A stretch of 64,000 bases of DNA from Phoronis australis (lineage: Eukaryota > Animalia > Phoronida): NCBI GenBank assembly GCA_002633005.1, contig NMRA01000556.1:1-64000 (forward strand), given 5' to 3'. Shown in pieces: positions 1-13,330 of the stretch. The position numbers were made by a program, and so were the translations under genes. Numbering within the stretch: the first letter of the stretch is position 1; the number at the start of each line of letters is the position of its first letter. Below the pieces are notes generated by a model. It saw nothing but the letters and a program-made list of their open reading frames with translations. It was not told where the DNA came from and did not search any database.

Positions 1-144
1 TGCTGTTCAGAATTTCTAGCATTCCTGAGACCAATATCATTTGATATCGTGGCCGTTCATGATCAATTTTGTTTGTGATATTTGTTTGTAATGCATGATT
101 GATTCTATTCACAGCTCAAAACATGAGCATGCATTTCGGCGTTT

Positions 145-670
145 TCCCGTTGCTCCCAACTTGTTGATTCTATAGCTCAGCAACAGGTTGGGAAGTTTAC
201 TCCTGTAGCCAATATCTTACACGACTGATTAACTCCGTTCTGGCATTCATGGTTGGATAGCCAGCTCTCTTTTGTTGAATAATTGCTCTAATCTTCAAAA
301 AGATCCTATCTAACCTGACTGGGCTGTGCTGTTAAAAATAAATGTTAAGTTATAACATATTTGAACATAAACCAATAGCAATTCTGAAATCCTTGTCTAA
401 TGGTGATCATGTTTAGTTTTTGAATCGCCAAAATCACCCAACTGCAACTGAAGTTACGATAATCTATTCTTTCTGAATGTATACCAATTCACTCTGGGTT
501 TGACGGTGTTCGCACTCGGTCTGTAGTAAGCCTGTTGTCATAACAGACAAAAGAGTGTGCTTGGCAGTTAACAAAGAAGCTAGATGTTATCACACGCTCA
601 GAACCCCCTTCATCTGGTAAAGTCACTGAACAAGAAAATGCTGTCATGTGCTTATCAGCCTTCCACTGGT
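145..670 (+). repeat. Interspersed repeat family A, copy 1 (copy 2 at about 57823-58378)
   Basis: Colinear diverged match, e.g. TTGCTCCCAACTTGTTG..TTGGGAAGTTTAC and AAGTTATAACATATTTGA. Confidence 0.75.
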
Positions 671-806
671 TCAAACCCAGACAAAGAAGCTAACGTTTGG
701 TTTTAACCAATTACCCCTATAAAAGTGGTCTAAAGATGTTCGTTACTTTGATGAGAGGCGATTTTGTTGGCAAGCGACTGACAGCTAGTTTTTCCTTGAG
801 ATCGTG

Positions 807-947
807 CTCAGTGTATAAAATAGCACACCATGACAAGCTAATATGTAGAGCCCCATCTCATTGTATAAAATAGCACACCATGACAAGCTAATATGTAGAG
901 CCCCATCTCATTGTATGAAATAGCACACCATGACAAGCTAATATGTA
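807..947. repeat. 50-bp tandem repeat, about 2.7 copies
   Basis: Unit starts at 812, 862 and 912. Confidence 0.9.
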
Positions 948-1204
948 ACAGTTGGGTGGGAGCAAAAACTTGGGGAAGACGAATTCTCGCGTGGCCCCTA
1001 GTTATGTTTACCTTCCTATGGACCTGCCGTATGATATGACCAAATCCATACAGGAACATAGAACACAGAAAGAGCACAACTTCCCCGCGATCTACTTCTG
1101 ATCTACGTAATAATTACGTAATACTACGTAATTTTAGTTTCGGTTGAATCGCAATAGCGACGCGTCTTAATACTTTGCAATGCGTGTATTATTAATCACA
1201 GTGC

Positions 1205-1630
1205 ATTTACTTACCGTTCTTAATCACCTCTTATAGTTGATTAGTTTTCCGCAAAATTTATGATCATGGTTTGTTGCAATGTTCAATACACCCTCGAGCA
1301 TCGATTCAAACGCTTCAAATTCATTATCGACGAGTCACTGGGTTAAAAAAATGTGTCAGTTATTATCGCCTGTTATATCCACTCGAAGCATTGTACTAAA
1401 TGAGGCTGTAGGTTCTACTACGGCTGCTCTTAATTAAAGACCGTCACACTCTCTGCGTCAGCGTGCAGGCCACGACTTCCGCCTCAAGACCAATCAAATT
1501 TCTATCGGGTTGAACTTGGCTAAATTCCGTAGTAACGGGAATCTGGCGAGTAAAACTAGTGGTTACGTGATTTGGTTTCAATGTACGGCGACATTTCGGC
1601 AAATCTGTGATCTCGCGTTTTCGCGAGGCT
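1205..1630 (-). promoter_or_regulatory. Possible promoter and non-coding first exon of a gene running off the left edge
   Basis: ETS-like ACTTCCG, CCAAT and TCTCGCG motifs, CpG enrichment, strong donor AACG|GTAAGT near 1214. No coding exon found. Confidence 0.25.
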
Positions 1631-1718
1631 CCAGCGAGCTAAATAACACACGCCGGTTTATCCACATTACACCGAGAAAGTGGGAGTAGTACAGCTATTG
1701 CAACTCACCACCTAGTAT

Positions 1719-1860
1719 TAAGTAAGTAAGTAAGTAAGTAAGTACGAAAGTAAGTAAGTAAGTAAGTAAGCAAGTATTTAAGTGAGTGAGTGAGTGAGTG
1801 AGTGAGTGAGTGAGTGAGTGAGTGAGTGAGTGAGTGAGTGAGTGAGTAAGCAAACAAGTA
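1719..1860. repeat. (AAGT)n/(GAGT)n microsatellite
   Basis: Read directly. Confidence 0.95.
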
Positions 1861-1869
1861 AGAAAGCTA

Positions 1870-2340
1870 GTAAAATGTTTGTTTTACATCGGTACAGGAA
1901 AATACAAAACAAGAAGTACAAGTGCTAGTCACCGATAAAATATGAGAAGTATACTGCATACAGTAGATGAGAATGTAAAATGAAACATAAACAATGACAG
2001 TGATATCTTACTTCACTTATCAAAAGACATAATTCTACATGACCTTTGACAGGTATGTTCTTATTTCAAAAAAACTTGACAGGCTACTGCTGAAAGTTAC
2101 TACACCAGTACAACACCTAAGATTGTTTGTCAACTGGTTCCAAAGAACAACTCCCTGTTGTTTAATGGAGTTTGTCCCATAAGTTATCCTACTGGACCTC
2201 GAAACCGTCAAATAGGTTTCTCTCTGACATTATAGGGCAGCTTCCGAACAGTGAAACATTGCAATGGGCAAGGACCAATGCCGTTTAATGTTTGAAAACT
2301 TCAATCTCTAATTATTTCATTCTAGAAGGCAGAACTACTA
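1870..2340 (-). mobile_element. CR1/L2-group LINE 3' end, decayed
   Basis: Frameshifted RMK*LEIEVFK..GPCPL..TYGTNSIKQQGVVLWNQL is homologous to the ORF at 59783; followed by a tetranucleotide tail at 1719-1860. Confidence 0.7.
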
Positions 2341-2560
2341 TATTAAGGATGATACAAATGTTTCTATGTTTTAAATTGTTTGAAGGCAGCTGCACAGTGC
2401 AATCAGTGCTAGTAATGATGCTCATTTCTCTTAATGCTTATTTTTGTTGAGCACTTAGACAAAATGAAATTTCAGTTGTTGGCCATACTGTGTGCTAAAG
2501 TGAGTATTTTGCCTATAGGCATGGAAAAAACAGCGCAATAGCAGCAGTCTTGATAATTTT

Positions 2561-2630
2561 GTAGTGACCGGGATTTGAACCAGAGTTGCACGAGCGACAA
2601 TCAAGCGCGTAAACCATTCGACCACGAGGC
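2561..2630 (-). mobile_element. tRNA-derived SINE head or tRNA pseudogene
   Basis: A box TGGTCGAATGG and B box GGTTCAAATCC; acceptor stem does not pair. Confidence 0.55.
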
Positions 2631-3686
2631 AATTGCCGTTTGATAAGTGGCTTAGAGAGGCTTTATCTGATTGTAGGCCTACGTGTCGCAACAACAGGAA
2701 GTCACTCTTCACAACACTATGGGAATACTGACATGGCCCATCCGAAGAAGTGTAACCCGGGCAATAACAATGGTGGACTATGAAGAAATAAATGGACTAC
2801 TAAAGGTATTACTGAAAACTGAAAACTAGCATACAAAAAACTAGAATATAGAAAAAACGAGAATAAAAATTCAACAATCGAGGTAAAGAAAGGTAGGCAG
2901 GACTAAGGTGGCACTGAATAGTTAGGCTGCGGCCGCGGCCAATTTGCACTGCCAAAATATTAAAATTTTGCGGTAAGTCAAGTACGGGGGCATTTTGTAT
3001 GTGGGCATTGCATGTAGGCTCAGTGAATGTGGTTTGTTTGTATTTGTGTTGAGAATGAAAAAAGGCCACTTTCTCGGCTGTAGCTGCACTCTTCTTCAAG
3101 ATGGTGGCCCCCTGCTGCAATTGTGCATTGCTGTGTAGCAACTGTCGAAATTGGAAGCGATTTCAGGTAGCCCTCAAACAAGCCAGATTTGCAAAAAAAA
3201 GCTAGTGGGTTGACAGTACTTTTGTACCACACTTTTGGAATCGGTAGGAAATTTGCTTTCACAGTCTAATGTTGGCTTTAGTCGAGCATCGGCAGGCAAG
3301 TGGTGATTTTAGGGTGAAAAGTGCCGATTTTGCATTTTTTTGCCCTTATTTTTCTTAGCTCAGCTTGGTTTCCACTGGGAGTGAAAGGGTCAAAAAACAA
3401 TAGAGTACAAAGTTTCTGTGCTCATCTGTAGGGCTTGTGATGTGAAATGACTCAAAACTTTTTTTTATTTGCATGCAGTTTTTGACAGAGTGAAGAAAGG
3501 GTGAAGAGTCCATTGACGTGTGTTCTGATATGCAAATCCCTATGAGAACTGTTCAGTGCCTCTTAATGACTAGAATTTGCAAAGCCTGGAACTACAGACA
3601 TTTGGGGGAACCCTTTTGGAAAGAGGTGCCCTTTACTGTATTCGCGTGCAATGTTAACTCTCATTTATCTTTCAGATTTCAACAAC

Positions 3687-3875
3687 TTACAAACAATTTG
3701 TGAACATACGTGTCTCAATCTTTGAAATTAGTAGATCGTGTGTAATGTAGTCAAATGTTTTTGACAAGTCGATCAGCAAACAACCTGCAACCAATCTGTT
3801 GTCCATTGCCGACTTGATATCTTCAGTAAACCTTAGTAATACGTTTTGGCAACCATAACCTTTTCTAAGGCACAC
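3687..3875 (-). mobile_element. Non-LTR reverse transcriptase fragment (CR1/L2 group)
   Basis: RKGYGCQNVLL..LLIDLSKTFDYITHDLLISK matches the RT consensus GFR..S..DLSKAFD.V.H..L..KL. Confidence 0.8.
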
Positions 3876-5867
3876 ACGCTATTGGATCATTAATTGCGTG
3901 CGTTTTATACACTCAACTCCTTTTTCAAAGAGACCTATTCTCAGAACTCAGATCAAACCTTTGCAACAAGGATCACAGAAATTAATTATTGTACAAAAGA
4001 TACAAAAAATATACAAATAGTTCTTCGTAGTTCAGTTGCGTAAACACAAGTATATGTCGGTAAAATTTAATTTGGTGTTATTAATGATTGTTCGGTCGAT
4101 CGTTGTCAATTCTCCTTTGATCGTCACCAACTCTCCCCCGGCCGCGCCTCCCCCGAACGCGATGATTTCAATTTTCGTTCACGAATGTGGAATAATTTCA
4201 AGCTTCACGGCAGCCCAAACGTAGACGGTGACCTTCAAATCAAAGTTCACGCATATGAGTTTCACGTGCTCGCAAGACCTAGGGCCAATATTACTCCCAG
4301 GCATGACCAAAGGCCTGTCTTCTAGGCTTGAACTGCGTGCACATCACAGAGACGCAGTGGCACGAGTACAATTTCCAAAGGACGTGAAAAATGTTTACGT
4401 TACTTGCCGGTACCTGTGCATGTATGTCTTTTTCATGTCCCGAGGGGCGTCGCCCCATGGATCCTTCCGAGCTTGCGGCGCCTTTTAATGTGGAGAGGGC
4501 AAGATGGTGGGATCCTGCGCACGCAGCCTGTATGACTTATAGTTTAGCGAGATTTAAGAATGCTGTAAATTAACCGTGAGTTAATGGCACACTTGAAGTT
4601 ACTATATCCGGATCATTTTATAAAAACGGGGTATTAATACGTCATTGTTGTCTATAAACAACCGCTGAGGAAACGAAATTTTCGCGAAAAACAGTCAGTC
4701 ACTAATCCGCAGTAGAATGAATCAGGCGACTCCGCAACGTAGGGAAAACTATTTTACATCAATAAACAAAAGGTAATTTATGTTTTTCGCATCTGGTAAA
4801 TTACCTTGATGAATGATAATGTACTCCGTCTAATCATGATGTCAACTATGTCCTCAAAGTACATTCAAGTACGTGCGACGGTAAAATTGTTGGAGNNNNN
4901 NNNNNNNNNNNNNNNNNNNNNNNNNNNNNNNNNNNNNNNNNNNNNNNNNNNNNNNNNNNNNNNNNNNNNNNNNNNNNNNNNNNNNNNNNNNNNNNNNNNN
5001 NNNNNNNNNNNNNNNNNNNNNNNNNNNNNNNNNNNNNNNNNNNNNNNNNNNNNNNNNNNNNNNNNNNNNNNNNNNNNNNNNNNNNNNNNNNNNNNNNNNN
5101 NNNNNNNNNNNNNNNNNNNNNNNNNNNNNNNNNNNNNNNNNNNNNNNNNNNNNNNNNNNNNNNNNNNNNNNNNNNNNNNNNNNNNNNTTCCCCCCCCCCC
5201 CTCCGTCCCCTATTCTCTGAATGTCGCCAATTTCGTGCAGACCCCCACGCCCGCTATAAGTGAAGAGGCAAACCCCAGATGGCAGCCAACAGAACTGTAG
5301 TAAGCTCGTTTCAACAAAACAGTGAGGATTAGGCCACGAAGATGGATACCTGGGTGCTGGCCCAGTGTCTGTCACAAAAGGAACCTCAAATCGTACCTAT
5401 TTGGCTGAGCTGAGGTCAAGAATCATTTTTATTATTTTTAGAATTTGAGGATAGAATTTGATGTCTTTGTCACACTGGTCAGGTCAAAACTAAAGTACAT
5501 TTTCTGTTTGAGGGTCTGTTTTTATTAGATGCCAGAAACACCTCTTACTGTCAAGTTGGGATTAAATATCCACAATTTCGTGCAGAAATTTGTGAAAGTA
5601 AATTAATTACAATCATGCAAAAAGATGTTATCTGCAAAACTTCTCATTAAAAAAAATTATCAAGTGAGGAAAATTATATTTATATATGACCACTCTTATC
5701 TCTGTGTTCTCTTTTTGGTCCTCTTGCAATGCGTGTACACTTGTTTTTTCTTCTTTTTTGTACCATGTATCTGAAGTGACTTATAAGCCCCGTAGAGGGC
5801 TGGGTGTTCCTGTTGTGTAACATATTCATTGTTTAAATTAATTTGAACACATGTCACTACAATAAAA

Positions 5868-5907
5868 AACTACTTACTTACATACTTACTTACTTACTTA
5901 CTTACTA
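5868..5907. repeat. (TACT)n microsatellite after AATAAA (retroposon tail-like)
   Basis: Read directly. Confidence 0.85.
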
Positions 5908-6057
5908 CGGTCCAGTTTAGGGAATTTAAGTTTTCTTTTATTAGGGTCATGCTATTATGAAGGTGTATTTTGAAAGGGTGAGGTTTCGGGATGTTTCGAA
6001 ATTCCTTGTTAAAACACGGGTAGCCTATATTCCGGTGGCTGGGGACAAATGACACAC

Positions 6058-6335
6058 AGTGTCCCAAAATGCATTTACCCTTCAGAACAACGCCGGGAGT
6101 TCAAATTTGGTTCCCGTGGATAAAGTTCTGCGCTTGGGCCTAATGTATGGCTACAATTTTTTGAAAGGGTGGGTAAGCCATTGCGTGCTCTGTATGCACG
6201 GGAATGATAAACAAACTACTCAGATTTTTAGAACAAAAATTCAATGCGCAATAGTATATTGGAAAGTTCAAAATACGAAGAAAGTCCAAAGACAGTTAAT
6301 CTTCTCAAGGCAAGATAATGCGTTTAATTTGACTT
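6058..6335 (+). repeat. Interspersed repeat family B (second copy at about 11161-11395)
   Basis: Shared GTGTCCCAAAATG..GGAGTTCAAATT..GTTCC..TTCTGCGC..TTTAATTTG. Confidence 0.6.
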
Positions 6336-6838
6336 AATTCCCTTATGATCTCCTGATCCCTAATCTTGTTCCTAAGTGAACAAAAAATGCATTTATTTTG
6401 AATTGTGAGTACATTATTTTTGAGACACCCCTTAGAACTGTTTGAATTTATCAATGCACTGAGAGATGTATTCATAAACTTCCCTCGTGAGTTTCTAAAG
6501 AACAAACGGTACGTTATTGTTTGATACCCAGGCCCAAAGTCTATTCTCTGCACACTGACTCGACTAGAAAATTAACCAGTCAGGCTGTTTAATCGAAGAC
6601 AACTTTTATGGGTTTACTCCTCGGGTGCAGTGTATTTGCATACATTTCGAGTTGAGTTTCGACTACTACGGACTCCGGGATCAATTATGCTCCTGGAGGG
6701 GTCACAAGTACTGACTATCTAAGTGTTTATCCCGTCCCCCACAACCACTTCTCATTTGGGTTAAAGTACAGTAAAGCCGTAAGTATTCAAAGTCAAAAGT
6801 TCGTTCATTTGACGAAAGGAGACAATCTGACATTGAAA

Positions 6839-6941
6839 ACAGCAACAGCTACAGCTACAGCTACAGCAACAGCTACAGCTACAGCAACAGCTACAGCTAC
6901 AGCAACAGCTACAGCTACAGCTACAGCTACAGCTACAGCTA
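6839..6941. repeat. (ACAGCT/ACAGCA)n hexamer microsatellite
   Basis: Read directly; explains the spurious Cys-Ser ORF. Confidence 0.95.
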
Positions 6942-8465
6942 TACATCCTCATTCCTTGACATAAACCAGCGTTTTATTTAGACTATTGTACTGTTATGAA
7001 AGTGTTCTTTAGTCAAACTGGTGGTGATTTCTGGAAATTTAGGATTTCGAGAGAACTTGGAGAACGTTTTTGATGAGATGAGGCTCCACAAGTTTGTTCA
7101 AGGCGTGTCATTTTATGCCCCAAGCTGGGTCTGTAAGGAATATCAGAAATCAGAAACACCTTGAGACCAATTTTATGACGGTAAGTAGCGTGTTTATAGC
7201 CGCAATAACAGGAACAGCGACCAGCTTTGATTTTCACGAGCGGCACACATACTGTTGTGGACCCAAAATACAGTGTCAGAGGCCGCATCCTGTGACAGTT
7301 GATCACGTGACAAAGTAATACCGAATACTCATGGGCATCCTTACCCCACGTGACAGCCTACGTATCATTTTATTACAGAAATGTGGAATCTCGTTATGGT
7401 GTACATGTATCAAAACATTTGGGTATATGTTACAGGTTTAGCAGAATTGAGCGATATGCAGGCGCGAAAAATATTTTGGGCGCTTAACTTTTTTGAAAAA
7501 TATCACGTAAGCTCGACCGACCTTAAATTAAATTGCCACAATTGTTTAGGCTTGGGCAAGCCCTATGAAACCTTCCCTTGAGTCGCTGCTGGTTTTGATT
7601 TTCTGGTGGCGGACTTGAAATCCTATCACGTACGGTAATTCAATATTTTGAGACCGATGATTTTACTAAGAGCAAAAAAGATTTAATTCGATTTTCGATT
7701 TTTAGACAGTTAAGAAGGACGGGAATGCAACTCTAACTTTCTGATACTATCGGTATACTCACCGCTTATTCAATTAACCACTGCAATTGTAACTGGAAAC
7801 TTGTACGGCTGCATTTGGATTACGCTGCCACTGGCAACCAATAGGAGACTATAAAGGTCCAGCCTCCTGGCGACAGTATCTTCATTAATGAACCCGCTGG
7901 GAAGACTCTAGACGTTAAAAACGAAAAATGTGGGGACTTTCTCAAAACTTCATAACACTTGCTGTACGTCGTCTCCGTTTGGCACCTTTTGTTACGTGCG
8001 AGACTATCTTGTTATTGCGATAGAAAAGAGGAAGTTTGCAATACTGAGGAAGGTAGCGATCAGGGTCTGTTTACTACCCTAATCTTTGTGGCACGAAATT
8101 GGTTGTTGCTTTATTTTCAAAATTCTATTTATTCATACATTGTACATATTGGATGAAGGTACATAAAGTTTGCTTTTCGCTTTGACCCCTTTCACTAAAT
8201 GTAGTTATAGTAAACCACTTTTAATGACGTGTATGGCCAATCACCACGTGTTCTCTCACAGCCAATCAGCCAAGACCAAATTGTTAAGTCATTGTAAAAA
8301 CAAAATAATGATCGCTCAAAACCGTTCCATGAAATGTTGCACAAACAATAGTAAAAACAACAAAAATCGACACAACAGCTATTCAAGTGCAGATTTTCTA
8401 TTCCAATTAAAGTTTTTGTTCACTTCAGCATGCAAACGACCACGAATATGGTTTTACAGAACAAA

Positions 8466-8594
8466 TGAATTTCAATCCGATACGTGTAGCAGAAATTCGA
8501 TGGACTGAATTTCAATCCGATACGTGTAGCAGAAATTCGATGGACTGAATTTCAAAGAGGGTACAGTGTATCTAGAATTCGATGGACTGAATTC
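8466..8594. repeat. 40-bp tandem repeat, about 3 copies
   Basis: GAATTTCAATCCGATACGTGTAGCAGAAATTCGATGGACT. Confidence 0.85.
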
Positions 8595-9594
8595 ATGTTA
8601 ACATATTTGTTGTTCGATGGACTGAACTTCATGGTTATTCCGAAGCATTTCATCAAGTGAAGACTGCTTGGAAGACTGGATCGAATGATCAAGAGTGAGA
8701 AGAGGAAACTCCTCGTGACAAGTATAACACTGGATCCAAGGCCGACGCCAGGAATGGGAAACGTGATCACAGACTGATTAAATTAGGCTTCTTTATTAAT
8801 CTTTATGATTATTCATTTAGGGAAATTCAAACATTTAGTCAATATACTCATTATTACATCCAAATCAAATTGTGTTATTTGAACCGCCTACCGGCAAGAT
8901 ATACGCCACGTGACAACATGTTACCGCCAAATATCAGCGCCAATGGTGAAAATTTTTCCACGTCTCTTGAAGTTTGAAGGTTACCCCGTTCAGGCCTATG
9001 TTAACGATCGTCCGGAAGCCCGGCACTATTTGAGCGCATAGCCCATTTTGAAGTCAAGTTTGTGGCTGAATTCATTTTGCCATCGGATTTGCCGATAGCC
9101 TGGGTGACTACCAGGAGTACTCAGAGGTTGCTGATCCAAATTTCATGTTGTTTCTCGAAAATTTTTCCACGTCTCTTGTGTTCAGAAAATGGATCGACGT
9201 ACAGTGCTGTAAGTGAGATGAAATGTTGCCGATCGCCTGGCTTTCGACTCTTTGCAATGGAATTTGCACTCTGTAGATGAGAGATTAGTGTAGAATCGGT
9301 AAGAAACGGATTTCGGNTAGATGCGCATAGCACCGAATGGGGGGAGGTCGCCTATGTACTAGTAATCTTCAAAATGTTATTTCGTTTTTTATGATCCACG
9401 GTACGTTGTCCTTCTTCTTAATTCAGTAACTGTTACATTGGAGTGGATTCCGGACAGAAATATGTATTGACAAACATCCGAAGATTAATAAAAAGCGCTT
9501 TGGCAGCCCGTTTAAGCCAATTGACCTATCGACAGAATTTTGAGTGACGGCTTAACTGACGATTTAGAAGGCAGCATTATTGACACACCTTCGT

Positions 9595-9690
9595 TTCCAA
9601 GCCGCCATTTTACCCGACAAACAACACGTTGCGGGTTAAAACTTATTGTTTATTAGTCGACATTACGCAAGGGGGCGGAGCTTGCGATAG
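9595..9690. promoter_or_regulatory. YY1 motif and GC box cluster
   Basis: GCCGCCATTTT at 9601 and GGGGGCGGAGC at 9671; no associated gene identified. Confidence 0.25.
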
Positions 9691-11569
9691 GTCAATTGCA
9701 AGCACACGCAGGTGGCTGGCTGGCGTTCAGTTCACATTTGTTGTTGTTATGTTGATAGCTGTGTCTGTGACCCCAATCACCCAGCTAGCACTGTCATACG
9801 GTAGACCCAGACATTCCAAATGCTGTTATTGTAAACTTGATACGTATTGCTCTGCAGACTGCATACTGACTTCGGCTCCGCTACTGGTGCCCAAGCTTCA
9901 TGACCTTTAACCTTACTGTGCGTTGTTATGATTGGTTAGGGACATGGCGCTAAGCGTCACCTAGCGGATCAAGAATGTTACAAATTTCTGGTGTTGGGCC
10001 TTACTGAGTGACAGCTGGCTCCTGCATTATGGGTACTCACGTAGCTGCCGCCATATGTAAAGAGGTTTCCGTGACCCCACCCACTCAAAAAATAAATTTC
10101 AATAATAAAATAAGGCAATCACAAACAGCATTGAAAATTACGAACTGTATAAATTTTAGTTATATCTTTCGACTGGCGAAACTCATTGTGAGTACTTGAA
10201 ATTGGTGAAAGTAAAACGGGAAAAATATTAAGCAGTAGATGTCTGACACGTGAATTCAGATATCAAAACTTCTTAAAATAAAATTTAATGTATATTTTTG
10301 AAGCTTTGTCTTCCGACAAAGGAACACTATTTTAAGAAGAGCCACAGAATGAATGGTAAAGTCAGTGATTCAGCCAGACAAAGCTTAGTGTTGACACTTA
10401 ATTTTGCCCTGTTCGACTGGCTAAAGAACGAAAATAGAATGAAGCATATTAGTCCCAAAAATCAGTCCCGTACACTGTAGTATTCCTTTCCGTGAGAGGA
10501 TTTCATTTCCGTTACCAACAAAAGCATCGAAACCATCATACCCACAATCGCGCAACTACAACCGAAGTTACGACTATCTCATGTATCTCAGTACTTCCGA
10601 ACGTAACAATTCGCTCTGGGTTTGATTGTGTTAACACGTGGTCTGTAATAAGCCTGGTAGACAATTGGCCTGCTTGTTGTCGTAACAGACAAAAGCAGGC
10701 CTGTAGGAAGGCAAAATTGTACCGAATCTCTCACGTCCGCCCTAGTTGGGGAGCACAGTGGCGGATTTAGGGGTGGCCAAGTGCTATGGCCTCCCTAAAG
10801 TTTTCCGACATTTGGACCAGTACACTGACCGGTAGCGAGGAGATGCCTCAAGTACCTATAGCTGAGATCTAACAGTGTGAAAATACGATGAACTAAAGCT
10901 AGTTGTGGGTCAGCTCAGCTGTGATTCACTTGAGACAGGCAGCTCGTACCGGCCGTCTGCGCTCGCTTTTAAGGTCAAGATTCGTTTTATTGTGATCCAG
11001 TTTCGAGAAAACTTTATTTTATAATGTTCAGTATTTGAAGGAGGTTTTTTTGAAAAGTTGAGGTCCAGAGGTCCCTGGTATAGTGTCCTTGGGGCTGTTT
11101 CAAAACGTTTAGTTGAAACACGACCGGTAGTCCAGTTTCTGGTGGCTGAGGAAAAGGATAGTGTGTCCCAAAATGTACACACTTCCTGAACGCCTGGAGT
11201 TCAAATTCAGTTCCTGAGGATCACTGAGTTTCTGCGCGGGCCTACTACATATGGTTACATCTTATTTTTAACGTGGGTACGCCAGTCATGACGTTTTGAC
11301 GAATAAAGATTCATTGCTCAATACTACTGGAAACTAAACACACTAAGGAAGTGCAAAAGCAACCTTTCCAAGCAATGAGTTTAATTTGTTGACTTTGGGA
11401 TTTATAAAACGTTTTTTTGTATCTACGGTTTGTGAGTCCGAATTTCATCAACGTCTTTGAGAGTTACTTTAGATATGCAAAATCGTGTAAAAGTGTACTT
11501 TACTATTCGAGGATCGGATTGTAGTTTTTCCAAATTCAGGCTGCAATAAAATTCTCTGAAACATCACCA

Positions 11570-12145
11570 ATTCTTACAAGATTAGCTTCTAATTGTCAAA
11601 AATCATCTATTAATCTATGGAACTGTTATGTAACTGTTGAAATTATTTTAACGACTTATTTTTGTGGAATGTGGTTCTGTGAAAACTTGGTGGTGTGAAA
11701 TTCAGAAACTTTTAATTTATGTATCTGCACAACACGATTTAATCTTAGATAAAAATGTTATTTTGACAGCATATTTTGGATGTAATTTTGAAGATGTTAA
11801 TACAATATTAACTGTTTGTCAGTATTTCATTCATAAATGCTCCAGAGACCAGATTATTTCTAGATATCTACAATTTCAATGGTTCTTGCATAATTATTGT
11901 GTATTAAGAAATATACAACCCCGTAAAACTGCCTTTTGGGAAACCCTCACTACTTATTTAGATAAGATCAACCGTGAAGTTGTATTATTTAGATATGTGC
12001 GTGAGTGTGTGTTTGTGTGTGTGTGTCTCTGTTTCATTTGCATCTACTTCATTGTTGTATATCTTAGTGTAATTGGAAAAAAAACTGTTTGTAAAAAATC
12101 AAAAATCTATGAATCTATCGTTTTTCGTATATACATAAACAAGTA
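11570..12145 (+). mobile_element. L1/Tx1-type LINE ORF2 C-terminus remnant
   Basis: LFFVECGSVKTWWCEI..YFG..VNTILTVCQYFIHKC resembles the zf-RVT/C-terminal pattern HLF.EC..V..FW..I..FG..N.IL..KY.I.KC. Confidence 0.6.
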
Positions 12146-13182
12146 ATTGTGAAACCAACGATTTTTTCTATCAAAACGGAATGTTGAAAGCAATTTCCGC
12201 ATGCATGCTTGCCGACTTTTGACGGGAAACCGAGGGAATATGGGAGGTGAGGCATTCGTATAAAGGTGTACTTTTGCTCATTTTAGAGGTACCTATAACA
12301 GTTCACGACGTAAAATTGAACTCCACTGACATACAAAATACGCTGAAAATCTTTGTTTATGATTGCGAGAGTTCTTTGAGTACTCCCTTTCGACATGTAC
12401 ACGATCGTCACAAATAGTAGCCTAGACAGCAGTGTTTTGCATGTGGGAATTCCTTACAAACAACTCATAGTAACCATCTTCAAAAGATATACTATTCTTG
12501 TGATACTACGGGAAAAGATAACATCATTTTATAACTAACGATCGGAAATTGTCCTTTTGTGTAATTCACAAATAGTGGTCTTCACGTTCTTCAATATCCC
12601 ACCCTTTTGATGCTGGCAATCCTAATGTGTTTTTTCAAAGTTTTGATTGTTTGGTTCGAATGACTGTGTTCTGTTGTGCACGAATGTTTTGAACTTTTTT
12701 GATGAATTTGAAATCACAACTTCCATCGTGAATACTTGGCACTGTCGGATTTACATGTATAGAGGCACAAAGGGACATTTCTCCCGAACTGCTCCACCGA
12801 GTGAGGGTACCGTCTGAAATAGGACACCTTAAGATAAAAAAGGCTAAACAACATTAAGCTTGGAAAAAAGAGTGACAGTGCATTCCACCGTCGTGTGGTC
12901 CCAAAACGATGCATGGAGTGACCTCCTTCAACATGAAAGCCGGTTGCACGATTTCACAAAAACAGGAAAATAGAGGTAATCGATTCCAACACTGGACCCT
13001 CTCCGTGAGCAGCCCTTTAAGAATTAGTCAATAAAACACAAAAAGGTGTGGCCACTTGAATGCCATCAATGGTCTCCTTCAACAGCGGTGCCCCTAAATA
13101 TGAAAATATCTATATTTTTAAATATCAGGAAATACGCAGCAATTGACGTTATCTGTCTGGTCATCAATTTTAGTCAAGTAAT

Positions 13183-13330
13183 CAGTGGCGGATTTAGAGG
13201 GGCCATGGTCTCCCAAATATTCTCCTAGATTACAATTGGCAGTTCGGGGGAGCGAATGTCTCACGGGCAAAAGCCTGGCTAATACTCAACCCTGCGGCCC
13301 CTCCAACCCAAAATCCTGGATCCGCCCCTG
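13183..13330. mobile_element. Non-autonomous DNA transposon (MITE) with CAGTGGCGGAT...ATCCGCCCCTG termini
   Basis: Imperfect terminal inverted repeats; the same left end CAGTGGCGGATTTAG recurs at 10756. Confidence 0.6.

Noticed and set aside
2561-2630. Functional tRNA-Asp(GTC)
   Set aside because: The acceptor and anticodon stems do not pair; treated as a SINE head or pseudogene, like the other A/B-box hits.
6761-6952. Cys-rich metallothionein-like ORF
   Set aside because: It is the translation of a hexamer microsatellite.
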